From NCBI RefSeq assembly GCF_009914755.1, contig NC_060927.1: a DNA stretch of 64,000 nt, one strand, 5' to 3'. The DNA is from the human T2T-CHM13v2.0 reference genome, Homo sapiens. The notes below the pieces were generated by a model. That model saw nothing but the letters and a program-made list of their open reading frames with translations, had not been told where the DNA came from and ran no database searches. Positions 53,241-64,000 of this stretch are shown here, one piece after another. The first letter of the stretch is position 1, and the number at the start of each line of letters is the position of its first letter. Both the position numbers and the translations under genes were made by a program.

Positions 53241-53528
53241 AGGCTATGATGTCACAGATGCCTGCAACAGCAGAATGAGAAGAAAGCAGGGAAATGGTGA
53301 GCCAAGGTGGGGAGGCTGTAAGACATGATCTATTAGCACAGATGCGGAAGGCCTTCCATCAGCCCTCCCCCTGCCCAGCATCTGCTGCTGCACAAAGGGA
53401 AGCACACTGACATTTGGAACAAATACATGGGTTTTATGAACCATGAATGCTTCAGCTTGCAAACTCAGAATAATCAAAAACAAATACAATTTCTCTGAGT
53501 TTTCTCTGAATGTTTACAAAAAGGATAA

Positions 53529-53559
<31 letters not shown>

Positions 53560-53904
53560 GGTAATCCTAGCTCTTGCACTTGACTAAGTGGTAGTTTCTT
53601 GTGTGCCCAGCATGGTGAGGCTGTTAATTCCCATTGATATGGCGTATCAGGGTGGAGATGACAATGAGGCGGAGCCAGTCGGGGGTGAAGTACTGGGAGG
53701 CATGTGGGTCCCTGGAAGGAGAATGGGAGGCAGAAACTCGATGTTGACTCTGCTGGGCACAGTGCCAGTTGGTGCACACTGGGTTTGAAGGGCCTAGGTC
53801 TGGGTTCCTAGGGTGTGGCACACAGCAGCACATCACTAACTGATGACAATACTTTTGCTAATTGGAATCCTTCTCATCACATTGCTCCCTGTTGTCAAAA
53901 GCAG

Positions 53905-54495
53905 AGGCCAGTTATATTTTTCAAAGATGCTACAGCAGTTATCTCCCATCCAACAAGCTCTTTGGTGATGGGAACTTGCCAACCCAGAGTCTAACTTTCC
54001 TCCCCTTAAGTATGGATTGGACTTGATGACTTGCTTGACCAGTAAAATGTGGCAGAGGTGATGGTCTGGGACTTTTAAAGCTAGGTCAGAAGCAGCCTCA
54101 CAGCTTTTTACCTGGATCTCTAGGGACTCTAGCTGTTAGAAAGCTCACTCTGGGAACCTAGTCGCTGTGTTGTTAAGATGCATGGAGAGGCCATGTATGG
54201 GTACTTCAATTGACAGCCCAAGGTGAGCTTCCAGCTGACAGCCAGCACCAACTGCCAGCCAGCACCAACTGCCAGCCATGTGAGTGGGCCATTTTGGCAT
54301 CAAGCAGTAGTAGAGGCTTTGGATGACTGCAGCTCCTGCCAACATCTGACTGCAACCTCCTGAGCCACCCCAAGTGAGAACTATCCAGTTGGGCCTGGCC
54401 AACCTGCAGGACTGTAAGAGCTAATAAAACATTACTGTCTCAAGCCAGTAAATTTTGCGGGTAATTTGTTACACTCAATAGATAACAGGAACACA
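53905..54495 (+). mobile_element. MLT1F-like MaLR LTR
   Basis: gacttgcttgaccagtaaaatgtggcagaggtgatg...gccagcaccaactgccagccatgtgagtg...caatagataacaggaaca. Confidence 0.85.
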
Positions 54496-55368
54496 AGCAG
54501 TCCCTTGAATTTGCTATGTAAGATAAAACCCAGACAGGTCCAGGGTCAGTGGTCACAGTCCTGGCATGTGACTGAAGACCTCTATAATGGGAAGGGGATG
54601 GCCAGTGCAGGCCTGCCTCTTGGTGAATCCTGCCCTAAAGGAGGCAGGCTGGAGATGTTACGATCATCTGTCAGTTTTAGAAGCTTGGCAGTTGGTCTTC
54701 AGTTTGGCGACATAAATGTCAATCAGGCCAGGTCTATTGTAGCTCTAATGGGATGGTTTTGAACCTAAGTGTGCAGAACTGTTCATTTCATCTGGTTGGG
54801 TTTAGCCAAGCATCCCAGCAATTGAGATTGAATGAGTGTCCCTTGCAGGGTTTCATCTAAGCCTACAAAAATGCCAAAGAGGACAGAAATAATATCCCAC
54901 AGGGGATGCTGCTTCTGTTGGACCCTCTTTGGGTACCATTTTTCTGTGAGCTGTGAATTCACCAGTTTGTACTTGCCCTGGCCTGCAGTTCTCCATATGG
55001 TCCATTTCAGCAAGTGCTTTGCTGAAATCTAGGTACACCATGATCTTGTGTCCTAGGGAAATTTTCAAGAAGGAAAGGGAATAGGTTTGGTGGGGCTTGT
55101 TCTTACTCAACCCATGTTGCCTCCAGGAGCTTTCTATGCTTTCTCTGCATATTAGTATACTCCAGTCTCCTTCATCCACCATGGTTTGGCTCATGGCATC
55201 CTTTCACGATCCTTTTCTTCCTGAAAGAAGGATTAAATTTCCCCCTCCCAGTTTTCTACTGTCTTTCTCATCTTTTATCATTCCTTGAAGATGCCTTTCT
55301 TTTACCATATCTGCATTGTTTTTCTACATTTTATTTTACTTCAACTATCATCTATAAAAGGCAATTGA

Positions 55369-55759
<391 letters not shown>

Positions 55760-56539
55760 CTACACCAGTCCAGATGCATTGCTGTCTTTTCTGGTTTCTC
55801 TTTCCCATCATCATATGGGGGAAGATACGGGCCTCTCCTTAGCAGTTCTGCTTTGCATATAATCGATGGATCTTGCTGTGTCCTTCATTTGCCTTCTCTG
55901 GTTGTGAATAAATAACCCCCAGTTCCTTGTACATTTCTTCACCATTCCTGTTTTTCAGGGCCCTAATCAGTTTTATTTCATTCTCCACTATAAATGATTT
56001 TTAAAGCCCCTTGGAAATATAAAGGTTGTCTAAATAATAAATCATCATTTTGGCAAATGATACTGAGACATTTAGAGAGATAAAATTAATCACCCCCTTG
56101 TAGCTATATAGCAGCTTTTCCACAGGGAGTACAAAGTAGTTTGTAGAGCTCATAGTTAATTCTTGTCCCGTTCCCGAGGGAAGAGGGCAAGAGTCATCTT
56201 TCTATTTTGTAGGGGGAAAGGCCAGGGTGGCATAGGTGACTTCTTATTCAGCATGCCCTGGTGAGCAGGGCACACAGTGTGAAAGATGCTTCAGCTCTCT
56301 TCTCTGAACATCTGACGCAACATCCATGGGGTATTTTACCACTTTTCAACCTGGATAGCATAGTGCATGCAATAGGTTCCCTGGGTGGCAGGGATCATTG
56401 GCCCCATCCTGCCTGTACAGGGCCTGGAATAATTTTCCCTCCAGTGAGTTCTCTGCTCAGAATGCTGCAGCATCTCCTGCATCAAGTACAAACACCACAG
56501 ATTCCATTACTCAAGGAGCTGGCACTTTCACATGAGTCA

Positions 56540-56680
56540 ACTCATGAATTATTATGCCCATTTTATAGATGAGGAGATGGAGGTTTGTAGAACCTAAGTG
56601 GCTTACTTACAAATTCACACAATTACTATATGGTAATGCTGGGATCTGGCCAGGTTTCTCTAACGCCTTAGTCTAGTGCT
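56540..56680 (-). mobile_element. MIR
   Basis: cccattttatagatgaggagatggagg...cacacaa...ctgggat. Confidence 0.7.
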
Positions 56681-56753
56681 TCTTCTTCTCTATAATCTAA
56701 GCTTCCCATTACAATTATTTTGGTTTTGAGTGACAGGAAACAAAATCAACAGA

Positions 56754-56771
56754 TGTGCGCGGGTGCGCGTG

Positions 56772-56802
<31 letters not shown>

Positions 56803-56808
56803 ACACAC
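56754..56808. repeat. (GC/GT)n-(CA)n alternating purine-pyrimidine tract
   Basis: direct reading. Confidence 0.9.
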
Positions 56809-58957
56809 TCCTTATGGGCTTCTGTGATTGAAAGTACTGTGCAGTACTAGTTTCGGGCATGACTGCATTTAAGATGCTATTGGGACTGTTCCTCTGTCTT
56901 CAGCCCCACTTCCTCTGGGTTAGCCTAAAGCTCTCCTATCATGATCATCAGGTTTATGTTGTGACTACAGCAGAAACAGGGAGACTAATTTCTTGGTAGT
57001 TCCTGCACAAGTCCTGAGGGTCATTCTGAATGATCCCAGTTTCAATGTGTAGCATGTTTAGTTCTCAACCAGTCAACATGTGTAGGGGCTAGAATTCACT
57101 GTTTGGCCTAGATTGCTCCTTTCCCTGGGGAGCTGGGGTGGAGGCGGCACTTTAAAGGCAGAGACTGAGAATGGGGAGGGGTGAAATTGCAAATCAAGAG
57201 TACACAGACAGTTAGGAAAAATAGGGTGAGTGGGTGCTGGCTGGCAGAAACCGACCTGCAAAGCCTTTCATTCACATCCCTTGCATTGCCTGCCTCTCTG
57301 CCTGGCATCCTCATTGTCTTGCTGGGCTGCTCCTCAGATGGGCAATCCTCTCTCCTCACCAGCATCTCTTTGTTTATGCTTTTTTTTCTGCCCTCATTTT
57401 TCACCCTTTCCATCTGAACCCTTCTGTACCCTTTGGCCTATTTCAAACTTTCCTGAACTGAGGAAGCCTTCTGAACTGCCTGGTCCATGGGTGGCTTCCT
57501 TCTGTGCTATGGACTCCTGCCTTCTCTTTTGTGGTGCCCCATTGAGGGAAGTTGGCCCATTGGATAGTTTCCATGAAGTAGGAATAAATGTGCAAAATTC
57601 ACGTGTTTGGCATTTGGGGCTTTTGGTGAAGGGTTGTTGAAAATCACTGCAGCAAAGGATGTAGGTAAAACCAACACTGTGTGAGTAGGAACAAAAAAAG
57701 ATCATGGAGTCTTAATAGACTTTGAATATAGTGTAATGAGAAGTTTGGCGTGGTTCTCACAGCTTCCCAAGTGGGATGAGAAAAAATGGAGCATTTTAGG
57801 CTGAGAGACTGTCCTTTTGCTCTTTTCCTGGTTAGTTAGAACTTTCTTGGAGCCTAGTCCCTAGTTGAGCCACTACACTTGAAAAATATGTGTTAATTCC
57901 TAGCATCTGCCTCAATCTATCATTTTATAGATCAGGAACCTGAGATCCCAAGTGGCTGAATTACTGCCCCAGGGTCAGGCAGTGAGTTTGGGGCACAGCT
58001 AGAAGTGAAGACCCTACCTGATGCTCTGCCTAGCGCTATTTCCATTCTCTGCAGTTGGCCGGGAGTGACTGGCAAGGATGGAGGATGGAGAATGGCCCTT
58101 TGAGGGACACTTGGGGATTGAAGGAGGCTGCAGGCCAGGGAAGGGGTCTAATGGTGCTTCCTGGAGATGCTCAGTGAAGTCCTGGGCATGTATGGGCACC
58201 AAATCAGGGCATAGACACCTGGATTGGTTTGGTGATGCTTCTCAAGTATGAGAAGTTCCTAGTTAAAAAGATGCCACCCCAAGATTTCCTGTATCTGCAG
58301 GGTCCCGTCCCTGGACGTGATAAAGGAGGAGGTCTGAGTGGCTGAGACATGAGCTGGAGGAAGCTGGCAGGGTTGGGGCCTTCTGATCACCCAGGTCATA
58401 CCCTATTTTGGGGAATGCTAACCAATTCCTGGGGCTCCTTCCTTCTCTGAGTAGATGAAGTACTGCTGTATAAATGCACTGTTTCTCAGACATGATTTGA
58501 ATAAAAGGAAAACTCTCATATGGAGTGTGCTATTTTTAAGAGATACAAGTTAAGGAATAAAATTCTGTGAGACACACAATTATTTAGCTGTCTTTGTTTA
58601 GCAACATTCTTTTAATTAACCACCACTAGCATCTATTGAGATGCTGGGCAAGTGTGCTCTGCTCCAGGCTTGTTTTGGAGGGAAAAAAATAAATTCATGT
58701 TTTCAACCCAAATCATGAGAGTTTCCTCTCCAAGGTAAGACTTTGGGGGTGGGGGTGGTTGAGTGGAGGACTCTCTTTGTCCTGGGGCCGTGAGGACCTA
58801 TCAGGAGAAGGCAACTCAGTACCTCTCAAAAGCTGTTTGCTGGTGGGCTTTTAGAACCCTGCGTCTCTGAGAAGGCATCCCCTCAATAATGCTTTCCTCC
58901 CCTGCACACCTTCCCTTCAATCCTTCTTAGAGCTTCTTTCTGTTTATCTTTGCAAAA

Positions 58958-59800
58958 AACTTTTAATTTTGAAATAATTTCAGACCTAGAGAAAAGTTTT
59001 AAGTATATTACAAACAACTCCAGTATATTCTTATTAAATATTGACTTGTGTCCCCCTAAAAAGGTATGTTAAAATCTTAATCCCCAGAACTTCAGAACGT
59101 GCCCTTATTTGGAAATAGGGTCTGTGCAGAATAAGCAGTTAAATTAAGATGAGGTCATACTGGAATAGGATAGGTCCCTATTCCAGCATGACTGGTGTCC
59201 TTATAAAAATGGGAAATTTGGACGCAGACATGCACACAGGGAGTGCGCCATGAGAACATGACAGCAGAGATCAGAGTGATGTGTCTGTGAGCCAAAGAAC
59301 ACCAAAGATTGCCAGCAAACCATCAGAAGCTAGAAGAGAGGCCTGGAACAGATTCTGCCTCACAGCCCTCAGAAAGAACCAACCCTGCCAACACCGTGAT
59401 TTCAGATTTCTGCCTCCAGAACTGTGAGATAAGTCTCTGTTGTGAAAGTCACCAGTTGGTGGTACTTTGTTACAGCAGCCCCAGGAAGCTAATACAGCCC
59501 TTCACCTGCATTTCTCCAGTGTTAGCATTTTACCACGTTGTGCTCATTCCTCCCCTGCACACATATGTGCCATATATACATGTAATTGTTCTTTTCAGAA
59601 TCGATTGACAATAAGTTGCAGACATATGCCCATTTACTCCTAATTACTTCAGTGTCTGTTTCCTAAAAGCAGTAAAAACTCTTACCTAGCCACAGTACAA
59701 TAATCAAAATCAGGGAATTAACACACATACAATATTATTATAGTGCTATCTCACCTGTAGCATGCCATATTTCACTAATTTTCCTATTGCCTTTATTGCA
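58958..59800 (-). mobile_element. L1MC4-like 3' end split by an MLT1 LTR
   Basis: ttttaattttgaaataatttcagac...gaaaagtt, resuming ccttcacc...aagttgcagacat...tacttcagtgt...cacagtacaat. Confidence 0.7.
59031..59496 (+). mobile_element. MLT1B/C MaLR solo LTR
   Basis: ttatttggaaatagggtc...aattaagatgaggtcatactgga...cagaagctagaagagaggcctggaacagattct...gttacagcagccccaggaagctaataca. Confidence 0.92.
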
Positions 59801-61411
59801 AAATGATATTTCTTCTGATCTCTTTTATCTTTAAAATATTTTCAATTAAAATTTTAATTTTTATTAACATACATGCACATTGTCCTGAGGATGGTGGGGG
59901 AGTTTTGCAGGGAGCTTTGGGGAATTTTGATCTGGAGATGGGGGTCTGGGCCGAGGAGCATGGCAGGTGAGGGAAGCACTCAGAGAAAGGCAGCATGGTT
60001 GAAGCCACTAGCAAAAAGCATGAGCTTTCCTTGGAAGGGGGTGCTTATTATTATTTTTCCCTCTCAAAAACGAAACATGTGTAGGAGAGTGTTCTGGGAG
60101 TCCTTGGCAGGCTGATGGGCATGACCGTGTTCAAGGGTTCCCTTCTGGCCTGACCTCTGCCTGGCCTTGGGCCGCAGATGCAACCTTGCCCTCCCAGCTA
60201 GTGTCTGGTGGGCCATAAGATGCTGAAATGCCTTCTGCCCTGGACAGTCTGACATCTTTGTCCTCGATACAAGGGTGCTACAGACTGAGTCAAGAAAGGG
60301 TAGAAGCCCTGGATGATGAATGCCAAGTGGAAACCTCAGCAAGGGCCTTGAGGAAGGGATTTTAAACTCCTCCTACCCTCCATCAGCTTTCTCTCCATTC
60401 TTGAAATGGACAATGACTTCCTACTGTCATGCAAGCTCCCAGGAATATGTAGCTTCTAGCATCTTCCATCTAACCAGAGTGCTTCCCCTAAACCCTTCCA
60501 ATAAAGAAATTCCAGAATAGTCTCTGGTGAGAAGATGAATCATAAGGGGGCCATTCATTAGTATAACTGAGACCCAGTGTCCTGCCCCTGGCAAATTGCT
60601 TCCCAGATTTCTGAAAACACTTGAAAATGTGGCCTCTAACCTGTCCTGGAGCAGAGGAGGGCAGCTGGGAGACCAGGAGTGGGCCCACAGCATTACAGAT
60701 TCCCACAAAGGGAGCTATGGCCTGTTGAGCAGGACTCTGATCCCACGATTCTAGAACAGCTGCCCAATCCCACAGCTGGGCAGACTTAGGAACCAGCAGA
60801 TACTCTCGGGCCATGGCCTTTCACACTTTCTCATCCTCACTTTCTCCAGCTTTCTTTCCTCAAGTTCACAAAATTTAGGGACCTTTCTGCCCTGTCTGAT
60901 TCCAAAAAAGTAATAGAAGTTTGCTTCTGCCTATCCCACCCCTCGGATGCCTCCTCCTTCCCTTCAAACATCTCCATAGAAGTTCCCACAAGTTGCCGCC
61001 ATGTCCTCAAAGACCTTTTCTCCACTTTGGTTAGGCTGACTCTCGATCCCTTCACTCTCCTAAACATTGCTTCTCTGCACATGGAAAGACAGCTGCTTTC
61101 CCTGCCTTCAGGCCACTGTGGCTTGGCCCAGTAGCTTTTTGTCCCGTTTTATAACATTTATTGCCTTTTCCTCTGGTTACAGAAGCAATACGTGCTTCTG
61201 AGATTTTCTGATTTCTCAAAGAGGAGATTCTATATTCTTCCTTGGTTCAACCCTATTGAGGGAGAACTGAACCTGTTTGGATATTTCTATGATACGCTTG
61301 AGAGAATGTGGGGCTGCTACTCTGAAAAAGAAAAATATCAATGATGCTTTCAGAAATTGTCCAATTGTGCCAACGTCTTGTGAGAGCGGCATTGTTCAGT
61401 GTCATGGCAGG

Positions 61412-61646
61412 GTGGGGTTGCTGGATAAAATACAGGATTGCCAACTAAATCTGAATTCCAAGTAAGCAATAGATACTTTTTAGTTTTAGGTATTTTAAGC
61501 ACAAAATATTGTGTGGGACACACATTGACATATTGCATGCGGTATTTGAGGCATACTTATTCTAAGAAAATTATTCATTGTTTATCAGGAATTCAAATTT
61601 AACTGGGTGTCCTGTTGTTTGTTGGCTTGCTGAATTTGACAACCCA
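61412..61646. mobile_element. MER53 hAT MITE
   Basis: terminal inverted gggttg.../...caaccc; ataaaatacagga...aattcaaatttaactgggtgtcctgt. Confidence 0.8.
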
Positions 61647-62887
61647 ACATCAACATGCAAGACAGAGCTGGTCAGGCTGTAGAGGGCCTTCAACAGGGGT
61701 GCACAAGGGCATTTGTGAGTGTAACCAAAAGCCTCACAGAATGGAGCCAAAGCCAGGCTGGGAGCAAGGCAATGGCAAACAGAACTGAGAAGAAATCTGG
61801 GACAGATCATGAGGCAACTAAACTTCCAAACCTTCAAGTGAGGTGTCTGAGTCCTTGCACCACCCTGAGACCTGTTCATGGCGGTTGCTCTTCTGTCTTC
61901 TGGCTTCAGTCACCCAAGTATCACTGCTATGAGTTCCCCCTTACCCACATACAAACTGTACCATTATTATGTAATATTTTTCCTTAATTCACTGAAAACC
62001 TTAAATACCTGTATTTTTAGAAGGAAACTTGATTCCATCATTGTCAATGGAAAACAATCTCACTTATCACAAATTGAAAGTGACAATAAACATATGGACA
62101 ATGAAGTTGATGTCATCGCACTCTAACTTTTGACTGAGTCTGAAACTGGCTCTCAATTCCTTAAAAATGAAATTAGCAAGTGGTAGAGAAGAGCTGATGA
62201 TATACAAGTCTCCAGCTGAAACTTTCTGCTGTCATAATCAGAGAACCACAAATAATTGAAAAGGAGACAACTTTCTAACGCTGCAATTCAGTGTATTTAA
62301 TGTTGCGTTCAATCACTCACGGTTTATGTGATTCTCACTTTTAGGAGGTACTGGTATTGGTTAGGTCTTAGCAATGACCAGTAATGCTGTTTTTTAAAAA
62401 GTGCTTTATAAATGAATTTTTTTCTGGTTGGAGAAGAAGAGTCTTGAATATTTGCAGGTGGAAGTCTGAGTTTCAGGAGTGCATGCCCTTGGTCACCTGA
62501 TCCCAGCCCTGTGTGCTCAACTTCAGGGATAATGTCCTAGAGACCATGAGTCAACATCAGGCAAAAGCCATCCTGGGGTCCCATGGGACTCTCAGCGCCC
62601 CCATAAGTGAGGACTTAGGGACAAATCCACCTAGACTCCTTAGCTTTGGTCTGCCGGGGGTGCAACACTGACCCTGTGACCCTGCCCCCGTCCCCAGGCC
62701 CTCTGCTTTGATGGGAAAGACTGCCCAGGATAGAGTGTGCTGGATGAACTCATGTTCTTGTCATTAGGACTGTGAGTGGGTGAGCTGTGTCCCCAACAGG
62801 CCAGGCAGCACTTGGAACACAATTTTCCCATGGAAACAATGTACTAAAGGGTGGTTAGGTTTTATGGCGTGATTGGTTCAGGATAGT

Positions 62888-63560
62888 AAACTTTCATTGA
62901 GCACCTAATATGTTCCAGGCACTGTGCTGGGACTACAAAATGTGTAAAGCATTGTTTCAGGCTAAATGGAGTTCAGTCTCTTGGGAGATAAGAGCAGAGA
63001 GCAAATGAGCAGATGATGACAATTCAGTGTGATGGGTGCCAGGACTGAAGGAGGCAGAGTATGCTGTGGGGCCCCAGGGTGGGGACTGGCCAGGCCTGAG
63101 GGTGTCTAGAGGAGCTGCCTGTGAGGCTGAGTCTCCAGGCATGAGGAGGTGAAGAGCAGGGATGAAGGATAAAGGGCGTGCCTGGCAAGTAACCAGCCAA
63201 CAGAAGGGCAGAGGGTCACCCAGCATGGTGTGTGCTGAGATTCTACTGTCTGCCCTGTATTTCTGGAGCACCATGTGCTGTTAGGGGCGTGGGCTGAGTT
63301 GAGTATAGAGGAATAAGCAGAGATAGTTACGGAGGCCCCCAGAGCGTGATAAGAAGATGGTTTCTCAACCTTAGGCAGGGGAACCACTAAAGGGTTTTAG
63401 GCAAATTTACCTGTAAGAAAGCTGCCCTGACACTTGGGTGGTGGAGGGGAGGCAGCTAAGATGGGGTGTGGTGGAAAAAAAGACTAACTAGACCAACTAG
63501 AGAGCAGGGAGGAAGACTATCTAGGCAGGAGATGAGAAGGTCCAGGGACCAGGGGGATTT
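62888..63560 (-). mobile_element. L2 fragments
   Basis: cattgagcacctaatatgttccaggcactgtgctgg...gaaccactaaagggttttaggca...gtccagg. Confidence 0.7.
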
Positions 63561-63564
63561 TGAA

Positions 63565-63680
63565 ACTCCCTGGAATGCAAGCCCATAACAAGGACCTTGA
63601 TCTGTTTTGTTCAGACATATCCCAAATGCTTAGAATAGAGCCTGGTAAACAGTAAGTGATAAATACATATTTGTTGCAGG
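63565..63680 (+). mobile_element. L2 3' end
   Basis: aggaccttgatctgttttgttca...gcttagaatagagcctgg...agtaagtg...aaatacatatttgttg. Confidence 0.65.
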
Positions 63681-64000
63681 AGAGGTCAGATTGAGGGGAG
63701 ATTTCAGGAGTGCAGCAGTTTGGAGATCAAACGCACATGTGATCTTCTGATCTGGATTCCTAACTCTCCCCTCTAGTAGACCTCCAGAGTTAAGAAAAAT
63801 TGTTACCCCTCACACAAAACAAACTCCTGACTCTGGATAGTCTTTTGGAATATGACTGCTGGCTGTTTGGTCTTGTCTGCAGTGTGACATCACAGCTGGG
63901 TGTCATCCCCAGGGGCCACCCTTGGGTCTTTTGTGGGACTCATGTTGGCCAGCCCAAGTTCCTGTTGCTTGGTCCTTATCAAAGACAGAACAATGCTTTG

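Overview
Human (primate) genomic DNA covering the 5' end of EPHB1. About 24.6 kb of repeat-dense upstream sequence is followed by a CpG-island promoter (two inverted CCAAT boxes, a GT box, an Inr at ~24631) and exon 1. The 58 coding bases of exon 1 (25003-25060, MALDYLLLLLLASAVAAME+G) encode the signal peptide and end at a phase-1 GT donor. The remaining ~39 kb is intron 1; no exon 2 is visible. All other long ORFs are Alu, L1 or GC-rich artefacts. I see no new multi-gene system. The most notable items are: (1) a near-perfect, tail-less, 3'-truncated 5S rRNA retrocopy, probably RNA5SP141, with a perfect 16-bp TSD, a chance TATA at -31..-25, a new 3' hairpin and a downstream T6 terminator; (2) an old U6/L1 chimeric retrocopy with a TSD; (3) an age-inverted nesting of MER5A inside a primate L1PA, suggesting a templated insertion; (4) EPHB1 5'UTR uORFs and a second strong-context Met at the signal-cleavage position; (5) a (GAA)12 tract in an Alu tail. 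Repeat subfamilies and the boundaries of old repeats are by-eye estimates.
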